IMG/VR virus record: IMGVR_UViG_3300037455_000533
Span: 998-64,997 of that record
Direction: 5' to 3' (one strand)
Length of the DNA stretch: 64,000 nucleotides
Origin: a virus
Lineage: Duplodnaviria; Caudoviricetes
The translations under genes and the position numbers were made by a program. Below are positions 26,421 to 37,104 of this stretch, piece after piece (position 1 is the stretch's first letter; the number at the start of each line of letters is the position of its first letter). The notes under the pieces were generated by a model, which made no database searches, was not told the DNA's origin, and saw only the letters and a list, made by a program, of their open reading frames with translations.

Positions 26421-29400
26421 GCTAACGCAATTCTGTTTGCGAGGCTCACGTATGAGCTTGCTGTTTGCGATGCGTTTCTGTTGTAGATGTTGATTTGGTT
26501 TCTTGAGCTTCTTTGGTTGTTGTTGACAGTGTTGCTCCAGTTTCGTGAGTTGTTCCAGCTGTTTGCAACTTTGCCACCGAGAGCACGGTATGCATATCTG
26601 AGGTCACCACGGTTAAGAGCAGCTAACACGTTGTTGCCAACTTTAGCGACACTCGACCTTCTCATTACGAACTCACCAGGTTGCAACATTGCTGGCACTA
26701 CATCTACGCCTCTTGTTCCACCACCAGCAGCACGATAGATTGGACGGATAAAGCCACCTCTTGCAAGGCCACCAGCGAGTGGGCTTGTATTCATTATCGT
26801 ACTCTGAGTTGTGAGTGGGTTTGTACTTGGAAGTGTTTTACCAGTCTTACCATCTTTATAGTAGAGATTGATATACCAATCTGCTTGCCATTTGCCGTCA
26901 ATGAACGAGAAGCCGTTAACGTCTTCCATCCATTTCTTAAACGTTTCATCGTTGAGGTCTGCGTATTTTTTATACTGACCGTCTTCTTCGACAAGAAGGT
27001 CAATCTTGAGCTCTTTGTGTGCCCATTTATCATACTCTTTGGTAAGGTCATTGAGTGTTTGGTTGAAGTTATTAAGTGTTTCTTGTGAGCCAAAGTCCCA
27101 ACCACCGTTAGCCTTGAGCCATCCTTGCCACGATTCAACGTTGTTGCCAAGCTCTTTCATAGTATCTTCATCGATTGTTAAGAGACCAGCTTTAACAAGA
27201 TTATTGACAATATTCTTGTATGTACCGAGGTCACTGCTTGTTATACCAGTTGTACCAGTGAGGCCTTGGTCTTTCCAGTCCATAAGGCCCATACCAACTT
27301 TAGACTTACCAATACGCTTGTAGTACACATTAACTGCCTCTTCCATATACTTAGCAGGGTTTTGTGCGAGCTCATTATCATTGATGCTATCGAGGTATTT
27401 AGCCATCTCTTCGTAAGCGTCTTCACTGTAGTCCTCGTATGGTTTGTAATCACCAGACTTTCTCAGGTTTTCCATAACGTTGAAGAGAAGGTCATTTTTG
27501 AGTTGGCTACGGTTAGCTTCTTGTGCTTGTTTGCGTGCTTCCTCTTCGGCTTTGCGTAGTTTGTCTGTTTCAGTAGCAAGGTCTTTGAATGCTTGTACAA
27601 GTCCACCAGCAAGAGCACCTAACGGTCCGAATGTCATAGCACCAGCTGCGACTGCCGAACCATATTCACCTAACTTAGATGTTGTGTCACCAAGTTTCTG
27701 ACCAAAGATCTTAGCCTCAGGTGCGATTGTGTTAATGAATGTTCCAGCAAGATTAGCCACACCTGAGCCGATGGTGTATATTGCTGCAGCGTTTCCAAGT
27801 TTGCCTACGATTGAACCAATCTTAGACACTACAGGTTGGAGTGTTGCTTTTACGGTGTTGCCCAGACCAACGTTCTTTACCTTCTCGCCAAATGTTAGAC
27901 CTTTCCAGTTTGAGAATTGTCCAGCAGAGTTGCGGAACGTATTTGCCTGTCCGTTCATATAGAACGTTGTGCCTTTTGCTCTGTTGAATACAGCATTGCC
28001 GTACATATTGTAGCCACTCATCGCTGGGTCTGAAGGGCTAATTCCAGCACTTCCTACGATGTTTTGGAATTTAGTAGCTTTCGCGTTCATTCTCTTTGTA
28101 GCAATACCGCTTAAAATACCGCTACCAGAGTTAATCATACCGAACAAACGACCTACGCCAGCGAGAGCATCACGTACGATTGAACCTAAGATCAACCAAA
28201 TCTTTCCCATAGGAGAGAGCATATAACCGAGAACTGATGCTGCCTTCTTCAAGAAGTCTGCATCAACATTCTTAAGGATAAACTTGATTGTGCCGACAAG
28301 GTCCTTCATACCAGCAGCAAAGCCATTGATGAATTCCTTTATGATATCCCAGAATTGTTGCCAGACTCCTCTGTTTTGCAAGAACCCGTTTACAAGGTCA
28401 GTGATACTCTTTCCAGTCGTATCTACACCAAGGGATTCAAATACAGTCTTAGCAGCTCCTTTGAGCGTTGCAATAATCTGTGTCATTCCCTCGCTGAGAC
28501 GTTTTCCAAGAGACTTCCAATCGATTGCTTTGAGCTTATCAAGTACGTTGCGGATAAATTTAGAGATGGCAGTGGTAAATTTATCCCATACTTCTGTATT
28601 ACTTGCCATCTTGTAGAATTGTTTGACAAGGTCAGCAAGGCCAGATTCAGTATAGATTGTCTCAAATGCGTTCGTACGAATCTCTTGGAAGAGCTGTTTC
28701 ATACCAGCAGTGGTATTGAGCATACGCTCAGAGATATTCCTTACAGGGCTATTTGGGTTCGTGTTAAGGTCAGCGAACATCTTGAGAATACTCTTTGCAT
28801 TCTGTGGAGTAATCTTAAGCTCGCCATCCTTCAAGAATTCTGATTCGCCCATAGCTTCGAGGGCTTTAGTCATTGCTGGGAGAGCACGGTTGAACTGGCG
28901 GACATCGATTGCTGTTGCCTTACCCTTAGCAATAACATCACGGATGTTCTTAACGACGTATTCCATCTCTGACGTATCGTTACCAGAGTATTGGATTGCT
29001 TTGAGGGCACCAAGTGTTGCATTGATTGCCAAGTTAGCATCACCACCAGACACAGGAGCAAGTTGTGAGACATAGTCTGCCAAGTCACCAGCAGTTACGA
29101 TTGGTGTCTTAAGAGCCTCAGAACGAACAGTCTTAAGCACCTGGTTTGCTTGGCCGCCGTAGAATGATTCAAAACCAATCTTAGCTTTTTCAAGTTTATC
29201 AAACTGTTCTGTACCTGCAGAGATAGCAGAAGTAAGCTGGTTTCTTAATTGACCAGTTAATTGCCTAATTCCATTTCTGAGATAGCCGAACAGGTTTTGT
29301 GCCTGAGAGCGGATTGTAGATGCGATACTTGTTACAGAGCCAACAAAGGCAGAGGTACGCTGGAAGACCTGCTGTAACACTTGTGTGAGTTTGCTAATCT

Positions 29401-31405
29401 TCTTTAAGTGTTCGATTGACTTTTGGTATCCAGAGTTCTGCTTATAGATAAGACCGTTAATCTCACGCTGTGTGTCTTGGATCTTACGCAAGGTACGGAG
29501 ATGTGCATCTTCGTTACCTTTGTTATTCATAGCTTGGCGATATTCACGCTCATACTCTTCGTTTAACTCTTGAAGAGTAATCATCTTCTTATCAAGCTCT
29601 GTCTTTTCCTTGCCATCATATTGAGCAAGCATATCACGGAAGCGTTTTTCATCTTTGAACCAACGTTCACGCTGTGCACGTCTCTCATCGTCTGCCTGTT
29701 TTGCTTTCTCGAGGGCTTGTTGGTATTGGTAAGCAGCAAGGTCAGCTTCAGATTTCTCCTTAGCACTCATAGAGCTAAGAAGGTTCATATATTCTTCAGC
29801 GTTATCTCTCTTTAACCTATCGAGTTTAGCCTCAATATCTGCACGCTTACGTACAGTTTTTTGTTCTTCCTTAATCTTGACTTCTTCAACTTTGGCTTTC
29901 TGCTTCTGTACTTCGTTAGGGTCAGCAATGCCAGTAGCCATACGGAGAGCTGCTTCACCGTATTTACGACGCTCAGCAGAGATGTTAGAGAACATATCTC
30001 CACCAAGAACTTCATCAGAGAATTGCTTAAGAGATGATGTATCTGTTTTAGCCTTAGCAAGACCGTTTTTGATACCTTCAGAGACACCGTCAGACACAGC
30101 ATTTCTGAACGTTTCTTTGACATCTTCTACGTAGATGCGTTCGCCGTTCTTACCATTCTTGTATTTCTTACCAGGCACGATGTTGCCATCTTTATCAAAG
30201 TTAAGCTCTTGATAGATATCGTCCTTCTTGCCACGCATAAAGTTGACGAAATCGACGCCAAGGTTATGTAGGTTATCGTTCGTACGACGGCTGTAAGCAT
30301 TATCACCACTCTTTTGTATGGTCTCAACAAACTTGCCGATGTTTCCAAAGAGCTGGTCGGCACCATTATTGGTAATCTCTACCTTGTAGGTGTTTGCGTT
30401 ATTCTTTATATTGTCTGCAATAGACGTAAGAGCACGGGCTATCTCTACGCTCGTAGCATTGTCACTGACCGCAAGTGCGTCTTTTCTCTCAAGGTTACGA
30501 GCGATACGTTTTCTTGAGTTGTAATCGTCTGCGACTTCATTATAGTCTGCTGCAGTGTAATTCTTTTTGATGTAAGCACGGCGGACAGAAGGGAGAATCG
30601 CTTTTGCGTTAGGGTTAGATGCGACGATCTCGTTCCATACATCATTTGCGAACTCGCCTTGTTTGTGTGCCGTGAGAACACTAACTTTGCCAAGCTGTAC
30701 AAAGTCAGCAATGACAGCTTTGAGTTTTGTATCGAGTTTATCCCACTGTCCAAAAGCAGTAGGGTCATTTTTCTTCAACCATTTACCGATTGAGTTAGCA
30801 TCAGCTTTGTCGGCGTTGAAGCCTTTGGCAATCTTTGCACTTTCACGGTAAGGATTTGCGTTTGAGATTTGTTTCTTTGCGTCGCCAATGGCAGCGTTGA
30901 TGATTTGTTGACGTTGAGCGTATGTACCGAGAAGGATATCGGTGAAGAAGTTATGAGACTTTTTATTTATTTTGTTAATGTCACCACCGACATTACGATA
31001 AGATGTAATGGCTTGGTTAAGCTCACCCATAATCTTAGCAATACCCTGGTTACGGATTTTGCCAAGTTTATCTGTAGTTATACCAAGAGCATCATTGAGG
31101 TTGCTAACATTTTTAGCGATATCACCAATCTGTGAGCTTATACCTCTAAGTCCGTCTTTCTTGTTACCATTAAAAATCTTATCAAGGAGATTCTTGATAT
31201 CAGTTATCTCAGTTTTAATAGTCTTAAGAGATACACTCTCAGTTGCTTTCTTAGCCTTTTTACCAGCTTTTTCTACGGTATTGCTAAGTTGCTCAGTAGA
31301 CTCATCAATCTCTTCAACATTATCTTTAGCTTCTTTGGCTTTTCTGATAAGATTGTCAAAAGCATCATTAACCATCTTGCCAGCAGCATCCGACATTTTA
31401 CTCAT
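26417..31405 (-). CDS. Tape measure protein
   Basis: 1662 aa, helical; core tape-measure domain (SEALKTPI...IRDVIAKGKATAIDVRQF); C-terminal ARGG...VPAMLQPGEFVMRRSSV motif. Confidence 0.92.
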   Translation of the reverse strand: MSKMSDAAGKMVNDAFDNLIRKAKEAKDNVEEIDESTEQLSNTVEKAGKKAKKATESVSLKTIKTEITDIKNLLDKIFNGNKKDGLRGISSQIGDIAKNVSNLNDALGITTDKLGKIRNQGIAKIMGELNQAITSYRNVGGDINKINKKSHNFFTDILLGTYAQRQQIINAAIGDAKKQISNANPYRESAKIAKGFNADKADANSIGKWLKKNDPTAFGQWDKLDTKLKAVIADFVQLGKVSVLTAHKQGEFANDVWNEIVASNPNAKAILPSVRRAYIKKNYTAADYNEVADDYNSRKRIARNLERKDALAVSDNATSVEIARALTSIADNIKNNANTYKVEITNNGADQLFGNIGKFVETIQKSGDNAYSRRTNDNLHNLGVDFVNFMRGKKDDIYQELNFDKDGNIVPGKKYKNGKNGERIYVEDVKETFRNAVSDGVSEGIKNGLAKAKTDTSSLKQFSDEVLGGDMFSNISAERRKYGEAALRMATGIADPNEVQKQKAKVEEVKIKEEQKTVRKRADIEAKLDRLKRDNAEEYMNLLSSMSAKEKSEADLAAYQYQQALEKAKQADDERRAQRERWFKDEKRFRDMLAQYDGKEKTELDKKMITLQELNEEYEREYRQAMNNKGNEDAHLRTLRKIQDTQREINGLIYKQNSGYQKSIEHLKKISKLTQVLQQVFQRTSAFVGSVTSIASTIRSQAQNLFGYLRNGIRQLTGQLRNQLTSAISAGTEQFDKLEKAKIGFESFYGGQANQVLKTVRSEALKTPIVTAGDLADYVSQLAPVSGGDANLAINATLGALKAIQYSGNDTSEMEYVVKNIRDVIAKGKATAIDVRQFNRALPAMTKALEAMGESEFLKDGELKITPQNAKSILKMFADLNTNPNSPVRNISERMLNTTAGMKQLFQEIRTNAFETIYTESGLADLVKQFYKMASNTEVWDKFTTAISKFIRNVLDKLKAIDWKSLGKRLSEGMTQIIATLKGAAKTVFESLGVDTTGKSITDLVNGFLQNRGVWQQFWDIIKEFINGFAAGMKDLVGTIKFILKNVDADFLKKAASVLGYMLSPMGKIWLILGSIVRDALAGVGRLFGMINSGSGILSGIATKRMNAKATKFQNIVGSAGISPSDPAMSGYNMYGNAVFNRAKGTTFYMNGQANTFRNSAGQFSNWKGLTFGEKVKNVGLGNTVKATLQPVVSKIGSIVGKLGNAAAIYTIGSGVANLAGTFINTIAPEAKIFGQKLGDTTSKLGEYGSAVAAGAMTFGPLGALAGGLVQAFKDLATETDKLRKAEEEARKQAQEANRSQLKNDLLFNVMENLRKSGDYKPYEDYSEDAYEEMAKYLDSINDNELAQNPAKYMEEAVNVYYKRIGKSKVGMGLMDWKDQGLTGTTGITSSDLGTYKNIVNNLVKAGLLTIDEDTMKELGNNVESWQGWLKANGGWDFGSQETLNNFNQTLNDLTKEYDKWAHKELKIDLLVEEDGQYKKYADLNDETFKKWMEDVNGFSFIDGKWQADWYINLYYKDGKTGKTLPSTNPLTTQSTIMNTSPLAGGLARGGFIRPIYRAAGGGTRGVDVVPAMLQPGEFVMRRSSVAKVGNNVLAALNRGDLRYAYRALGGKVANSWNNSRNWSNTVNNNQRSSRNQINIYNRNASQTASSYVSLANRIALA

Positions 31406-31407
31406 AT

Positions 31408-31992
31408 TTAATAGCCTTTCCTTTTCATAACGCTATCCATATATTCTTCAACATACGCTTCGTTGAATATACTTCCTTCTGGGGTCCTTACATCTTTATT
31501 CTTGCGGTAGTCATATTCGTCAACGAGTGGCTCCCAATCGTACCCTCTTGGGAATCTGATTGGTCGGCCTTTCTTGTTAAGCACTGGGTTTCCAGCACTA
31601 TCGAGTGCCATTTTCCTCTTGGTAAGTGGCATAGACTCATTGCTTTCCCAAATCTCGTTGCTAAATACAACCTCGTGGAATAATGGGGATTCTTCGCCAT
31701 ATGTATCTACAACGATTGAACTCTGAATGTGGCCAGAGTTGTATGGGGTTTGCCCTCTTAATTCGACATAACCCTCTTCGTTTATCTCTTTAGCATCTTT
31801 TTCCATTTGACTAAGCCCATCTTCAATGTCATCGATTGTAGCTTCGAATAGAGCTTCTCCAACTTTAATTCCAGCGATGTCCATAACTAAGAGTTTTGCT
31901 TCTGTGATTTTTTGATTGCTCACAAATTTACGGAGTAATTTTTCTCCTCCGATGCACTTCTCTGTCGTCATACTGCCATCTGCGGTTTCCAT
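31408..31992 (-). CDS. HK97 gp10-like neck / tail completion protein
   Basis: TPYNSGHIQSSI resembles the TPVDTGxLRxSI signature. Confidence 0.55.
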   Translation of the reverse strand: METADGSMTTEKCIGGEKLLRKFVSNQKITEAKLLVMDIAGIKVGEALFEATIDDIEDGLSQMEKDAKEINEEGYVELRGQTPYNSGHIQSSIVVDTYGEESPLFHEVVFSNEIWESNESMPLTKRKMALDSAGNPVLNKKGRPIRFPRGYDWEPLVDEYDYRKNKDVRTPEGSIFNEAYVEEYMDSVMKRKGY

Positions 31993-32085
31993 ACCTTAAT
32001 CATAGTCTGTACTTACATTTGTTTTTTTATTTTTTCTTGATTTTGTTTTTAGCGTGATATAATAAAAGCATAAGAGGAGCTTTTT

Positions 32086-32397
32086 ATGAAACATTGTTAC
32101 AGGAACATAGTGGCTTACAATCCTAACGATAATGTTGTAACATCTTGCATCAAGATATCTGAAGATGCTCTATTCGATTCAAAGGCTTCTGATGAAGCCT
32201 TTTATGATGTCTATATGACGGTGGATAGGGTGACAGATATCATTATTGGTGTGAGTTTAACAGGGGATATGTACCAGTTATCCCCAGCAGCGTATGGCAC
32301 TTACATCAAGGAAGACTCGAAATCGATGTGCTTCCTTAACAAGTCCAGAATACTGGTAGCAATAGCAGATTATAAGAAGAAGCATAGGATGTTCTGA
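32086..32397 (+). CDS. Hypothetical protein (inserted two-gene unit)
   Basis: Extended -10 TGATATAAT and GAGGAG RBS. Confidence 0.7.
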   Translation: MKHCYRNIVAYNPNDNVVTSCIKISEDALFDSKASDEAFYDVYMTVDRVTDIIIGVSLTGDMYQLSPAAYGTYIKEDSKSMCFLNKSRILVAIADYKKKHRMF

Positions 32398-32705
32398 TGG
32401 TAAGAGATGATATTGGAAGAAAGGTAAATGACGGCCCTTGGGGTGAAGTGATTGACGAAGAGATGGAGAGGCGTAAGTACGATAAAATTAACTTGCCAGA
32501 GCTCGGTATAACTGGCTATCAGAACAGAGAGTGGCGTAAGGATTTCATATCTGAAAACGCAGCTAGCCACTGGATAGCAATCCGCCACGACAACTTTAAC
32601 GACGGCTTCGATGCTGGCCTTGAATGGTGTATGATGCAACTCCGTGCCCACAAGTACAAGGGTGATGCGATGAAAAGAATACAAGAAGAATTGGATATGG
32701 GGTAA
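32397..32705 (+). CDS. Hypothetical protein
   Basis: Stop/start overlap with the previous gene. Confidence 0.7.
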   Translation: MVRDDIGRKVNDGPWGEVIDEEMERRKYDKINLPELGITGYQNREWRKDFISENAASHWIAIRHDNFNDGFDAGLEWCMMQLRAHKYKGDAMKRIQEELDMG

Positions 32706-32775
32706 AATATGTGTTACGAAGAAGAAACTAAATCTTGTTAAAAAAACAAATGCAAAACCATACTATATTTAAGGT

Positions 32776-34095
32776 ATGGCAAGTAATGATAATAAAATAA
32801 GAGTCCAAAAGAGGTTGCTACAGTTCAACCAGATTCCTTTTGCGTTCGGAGAAGTGAATAATCCTTCTTATACTGCTACGTTCAAAGGTGAGGTCCAGAA
32901 CTACACTAACGCAGCCCACGGAGGTTATTATCCATCTTTGAATGACTGGGGTAAACTCCAGACATCTTCCTTTAGTGCTGATTTATCTTTTGATTTTACT
33001 GATATCGAATGCGAAGACAAGATACGCTACTTCCGCTTCATAAAAAGACAACTCTCAAAGTCTGGTAAACTATTCGCTACTCAAGGTGGTACAGAGATTA
33101 TCTGGACCAACGCTCGTGTCGTATCTATAAATGAGATTGTTGATGCTCCAAATGAGAAAGATATGTTCCGTCTTAACGTTACATTCGAACTTATTGATGG
33201 TTACTGGCGTATTGCTACCCGCACAAGAGCTTTCCTTTGTGAATATTGTCCAGCTCGCTTCAAGGATTTTGACCCTACATACTGCTTTGACGCTACTGAT
33301 TTCGTAGGTGCGTGTGACGAGACTGGTACATCTAAGTGTATCCCTTGTGAGATGAACTTGTATGAACCACCCACATACGAAGGTTGTGACTGGAAACCAC
33401 TCTGTAATTTCTCAAAGAAAGAGATTGAGTCTATGTTTGGTGTGAACTGTGCTAACAGATGGGCTATCAATTATTCTTGTGAACTTGAGAACAACTTCTT
33501 CTGTTTTGATGTGCCTTGGGGTAAAAAGTTTAGGCTCCGTGCTGATTCCAACTACAACACTACACACATCTCTCTCTGTTCTAAGACTGATTTTCCAACA
33601 GAGTTTGTACGTATCCGTCTATCTGGTGAGTTCTATAATCCTAAGATTTACTTTGTTAAGGATTATTCACTCTACAGCCCTGTTATCCCTGAAGGTAGCC
33701 CAGTGGCTCTTGGGTTATACGAGAAGACTAACGCTGGTGCTTACATCAAAACAACCGACAAGTGGCGTAACAAAGGAAAAACTTACTACGAATACACCCC
33801 AAATGATCCTACTTATGAAGTAATCGACTATGTTGTGCCAAAGGAAGATGCTCGTGTGAACATCAACGGTGTTATGACTATTGGATTTGGCCCTGAGATT
33901 TATTCTACTGATAACCCTCGTAGTGGAGAGAAGAACCAAGACGGTTCAGAAGCTACAGAGATTTCAACAATGTTCTCACGCTCGAACACACCTTACTTCC
34001 AGGTTATGCCTGGTATGAACGATATTGTTGTCGTAGGCAATCAAAAAGGCTCTGACGCATTTATTTACGTAGAGCCAGTTGAAGTCACTTGGTAA
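32776..34095 (+). CDS. Distal tail (Dit-like) protein with Cys-rich insertion
   Basis: Dit-like N-terminus (FRLNVTFELIDGYW) and C-terminus (YFQVMPGMNDIVV); about 13 Cys. Confidence 0.55.
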   Translation: MASNDNKIRVQKRLLQFNQIPFAFGEVNNPSYTATFKGEVQNYTNAAHGGYYPSLNDWGKLQTSSFSADLSFDFTDIECEDKIRYFRFIKRQLSKSGKLFATQGGTEIIWTNARVVSINEIVDAPNEKDMFRLNVTFELIDGYWRIATRTRAFLCEYCPARFKDFDPTYCFDATDFVGACDETGTSKCIPCEMNLYEPPTYEGCDWKPLCNFSKKEIESMFGVNCANRWAINYSCELENNFFCFDVPWGKKFRLRADSNYNTTHISLCSKTDFPTEFVRIRLSGEFYNPKIYFVKDYSLYSPVIPEGSPVALGLYEKTNAGAYIKTTDKWRNKGKTYYEYTPNDPTYEVIDYVVPKEDARVNINGVMTIGFGPEIYSTDNPRSGEKNQDGSEATEISTMFSRSNTPYFQVMPGMNDIVVVGNQKGSDAFIYVEPVEVTW

Positions 34096-34779
34096 TTAAC
34101 AACCACAATCTACGCCATCGCCGTAGAGACGGTTGAGATCCATCTTGTAGACGATATGGAAGACCGCAATCGCAGATGAGCGGTCTTCTCTTTTGAGCTG
34201 TGTAACCTCAGAGATAGTACACTCATCATCTACTGCACCAGTCATATTGTATTTCCACTCTCTTGTATCTGTAGGGTCGACAGGGTTAGGAATTGTCTGT
34301 CCTCTTAATCTGTCGAAGAAAGCAGCGTCAACAGGGTCAGTAGCGATATCATCTAAAGCACCGTGGAATATCTTATCAAGTCCGTTAGCAATGTTTGCTC
34401 TGAATGATGCTACGGCTTCAGATGAGTTACCTACGTACTGGATAGACTGTGTTTTATCTGGACGTGGAGAGTCTGTAGTGAATGCGATATCAAAGCCGAT
34501 TACAACACGTGTATTACAAGATGTAAGAGGGATGGCAGCGATATTCATCGTAACAAATGGCAAATCCGAGAACTGTTCAGCTTGGTTAACAACATATGAG
34601 CCGAGTTGGATATGTTTGTCGAGCTGGTCGATAAAGTCTTCGTAACGGTCAATCGGAAGCGTTGCAGTATCATCTTTGACCTTTAAGATATTATCGAGGA
34701 AACAAGTAGGGTACTGCATAAGATACATCTTGAAATTGTTCCAGATGAATTTTTCTGCGTTATTTACTATAGCACTCAT
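34096..34779 (-). CDS. Probable tail terminator / neck protein
   Basis: Position in the neck cluster, beta-strand pattern; no diagnostic motif. Confidence 0.4.
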   Translation of the reverse strand: MSAIVNNAEKFIWNNFKMYLMQYPTCFLDNILKVKDDTATLPIDRYEDFIDQLDKHIQLGSYVVNQAEQFSDLPFVTMNIAAIPLTSCNTRVVIGFDIAFTTDSPRPDKTQSIQYVGNSSEAVASFRANIANGLDKIFHGALDDIATDPVDAAFFDRLRGQTIPNPVDPTDTREWKYNMTGAVDDECTISEVTQLKREDRSSAIAVFHIVYKMDLNRLYGDGVDCGC

Positions 34780-35261
34780 TATTTTTCTCCAATCGGTAGG
34801 CTACCGTCGTTAATATCTTCGTCAGACAATTTACGTAATACGCCACATTCAAGAAGATACTCAGCCTCTTTTGGCTGTGTTACGTTACAGACAATCTGTA
34901 CAACACAGCAGTTGTGGAAGATCTGAGTGATGTTTGCCTTTACGATACGGTACAAGAACTTTGTATCGCCTTGCCAGAACCCGACATAGTCACCTGGCTT
35001 AATATCGTAAGGTGGTTGTATCTCTTGGCGTACTGACTCAAAATTAAATTCGATATAAGATGTGTCATCCTGGTTTAAGTTTCGCTCATTATGCTCGAGT
35101 TCATACACTTTAGCGGTTTGACCAGGTGCAGTTTCGACACACTCATAATCAGCTAAACGAATCCACGTGTTTTGTGGGTTACCAGTCTCATCATCAAAGA
35201 ACCCTGGGATGTTCCCTACGGTTTGCTTTCTTAATACTGTTATCTCGTTTGACTGTTTCAT
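34779..35261 (-). CDS. Probable head closure / neck protein
   Basis: Position in the neck cluster; DIKPGDYV motif. Confidence 0.4.
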   Translation of the reverse strand: MKQSNEITVLRKQTVGNIPGFFDDETGNPQNTWIRLADYECVETAPGQTAKVYELEHNERNLNQDDTSYIEFNFESVRQEIQPPYDIKPGDYVGFWQGDTKFLYRIVKANITQIFHNCCVVQIVCNVTQPKEAEYLLECGVLRKLSDEDINDGSLPIGEK

Positions 35262-35290
35262 ACCTTAATTATAAGGCACAAAATCTTATG

Positions 35291-35806
35291 TTATTTTTGA
35301 GATTGTAATGCTTCGTCTAAACAACGAAGGCATTGCATTGGCTCAAAACCAAATGCTAAACTACAGGTTAATGCGAGGCTCTTGCCAGCTGCTATAAGGC
35401 TTTTCTCAGCTTCAGGAGAACAGTCTCGAGCGTGGAAGTTCTCGCCTGCTATTACGTAAGCCATAGCCCTGTGTTTGCATTGGCAGTAGTAATGACGATT
35501 ACTCCCAGGTACACTATCAAAGATAGAGTTAAGAGCATCAACACGATTTCTGTAATCAATTCGAACAATTTCATAATTAACGTTGAGCTCGTCTGCTATT
35601 TTCTCAAGCTCTTCAGGCGTTTCAGCACCTTCCATATCTGAGTATAAGTTGCAGATTTGCTCGTCATTGTGCCCCATAGCGGCTTCAAGTTGGCCTACCT
35701 TGACTAACTCGTCAAAGATCCACCCTCGCTTCTTCTTGAATGATTGGAATTCTTGCTCTTGGCTGTCATCCAACGACACAACCTTTTGTTCCTCTTTTTT
35801 AGCCAT
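35291..35806 (-). CDS. Hypothetical protein with CxCxH and CxxC motifs
   Basis: YCQCKH and QCLRC; GGAG RBS. Confidence 0.7.
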   Translation of the reverse strand: MAKKEEQKVVSLDDSQEQEFQSFKKKRGWIFDELVKVGQLEAAMGHNDEQICNLYSDMEGAETPEELEKIADELNVNYEIVRIDYRNRVDALNSIFDSVPGSNRHYYCQCKHRAMAYVIAGENFHARDCSPEAEKSLIAAGKSLALTCSLAFGFEPMQCLRCLDEALQSQK

Positions 35807-35814
35807 AAAACTCC

Positions 35815-36198
35815 TTATTCGGCTTTCTTAAATTTATGGACGACCTGTCCAGCTCTGTTAGTGTACGTCAAAGCCAGCAAATATTCTGCCTGCTTCTCAG
35901 TAACATAATAGTCGTGTCCAATGCTGAACGTACCTTTATAGAGTCCGTTTGGAGCATCCTCAGACACAAACTGGATAGTTTCGCTGGTTGTAACAACGTA
36001 TCCGCCTTTTTTACCTCTGCAGGTACTACAACCAGTACCAACAGCTTTCTTAGAACCACCACCGTAATATCTGATATGCACGAGAGCTTTGCCTTCCTCT
36101 GTCTTACCAGCGATTGTTGCTACAGTCTCTTTAGCACGGTTATCAGATACTACACGCTTAGTAGTACTATTCTTCTTAGCACAAGATGCACACCCCAT
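35815..36198 (-). CDS. Hypothetical CxxC protein, probably virion
   Basis: MGCASCAKK and GCSTCRG. Confidence 0.7.
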   Translation of the reverse strand: MGCASCAKKNSTTKRVVSDNRAKETVATIAGKTEEGKALVHIRYYGGGSKKAVGTGCSTCRGKKGGYVVTTSETIQFVSEDAPNGLYKGTFSIGHDYYVTEKQAEYLLALTYTNRAGQVVHKFKKAE

Positions 36199-37097
36199 TA
36201 GATCACATCTCCCATTTCTTCTGGCGTTTCGGCAATGAGACAGCGTGACATTGCGTAAATCTCATCAACTGTTGCCAAATTAAATAGTTCAGTGTAAAGG
36301 GTTTGTGTTTTCATAGATGAAGTCTCGACATCAGACCACTGGTACTGGATGTTGCCGACCTTCTTAAATCTGAGTGCACCAGATACTTCTGTCATAGCGT
36401 TAGCACACTCACCAAGGTTAAGGTTGCTTAACTTAGCAATGAGTGGGCAAATCATAGGTAAGAGGCCTACAGGGATGAGGTCATATCCTGCGTTGTATTT
36501 AAGTGTGACAGTAGCCTTCCTACGGCATAGACAGCAACATTTGCCTTTGTATAGTAGTGTTTCTGGGAAGTCTGTGCGGATAAGAATTAACTTGTTTGTA
36601 CCAGCATCGAAGTGTTTTTCGAGATATTCTTTGCTGATTTCTTCTGTGGTTGGCACGCCGTTAATAAATACTGTGATCTTTCCAGAGATAAAAGCATCGT
36701 CCTTAGCGATTGGGAAGAACTCAAGAGGGATCTCAATCTCGTCTTCGTTACAGTGGCAGCAACCTGGACGGCATCCACATACCTGTTCAATGCTGAAATT
36801 CTGGATTCTTGTCTGCATAATAAAGGTGTCGTCTGCTTGCTCAGTCCAACAGGTAATATTTGAGATGAATCTGATGATTTGCCAGAGTTTAACCCAGTAG
36901 GCCTTCTTCTCTTCGAGAGCTTTTTCAGGGTCCTCATCAAATTTGACACCACAATATCCTGCGACCTGCTCGAGGAGATTAACAACCTGAGCGTCCGTAG
37001 CATCATAAACGTACGGTAACGCTTGGATTGTACCGTCTCCGCTTGGTGTTAAACTTTCATTACTATTCATAATTTCATTATACCTTTTTGAGGTCAA
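36198..37097 (-). CDS. Head-tail adaptor-like protein, Cys-rich
   Basis: LKYNAGYDLIP and KKVGNIQYQW resemble gp15/gp6-type adaptor motifs; about 14 Cys. Confidence 0.5.
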   Translation of the reverse strand: MTSKRYNEIMNSNESLTPSGDGTIQALPYVYDATDAQVVNLLEQVAGYCGVKFDEDPEKALEEKKAYWVKLWQIIRFISNITCWTEQADDTFIMQTRIQNFSIEQVCGCRPGCCHCNEDEIEIPLEFFPIAKDDAFISGKITVFINGVPTTEEISKEYLEKHFDAGTNKLILIRTDFPETLLYKGKCCCLCRRKATVTLKYNAGYDLIPVGLLPMICPLIAKLSNLNLGECANAMTEVSGALRFKKVGNIQYQWSDVETSSMKTQTLYTELFNLATVDEIYAMSRCLIAETPEEMGDVI

Positions 37098-37104
37098 TTA
37101 TTTT

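Noticed and set aside
32770-32778. AAGGT before many ATGs read as a Shine-Dalgarno sequence
   Set aside because: It abuts the start codon with zero spacing and sits between the -10 box and +1, so it is probably not transcribed.
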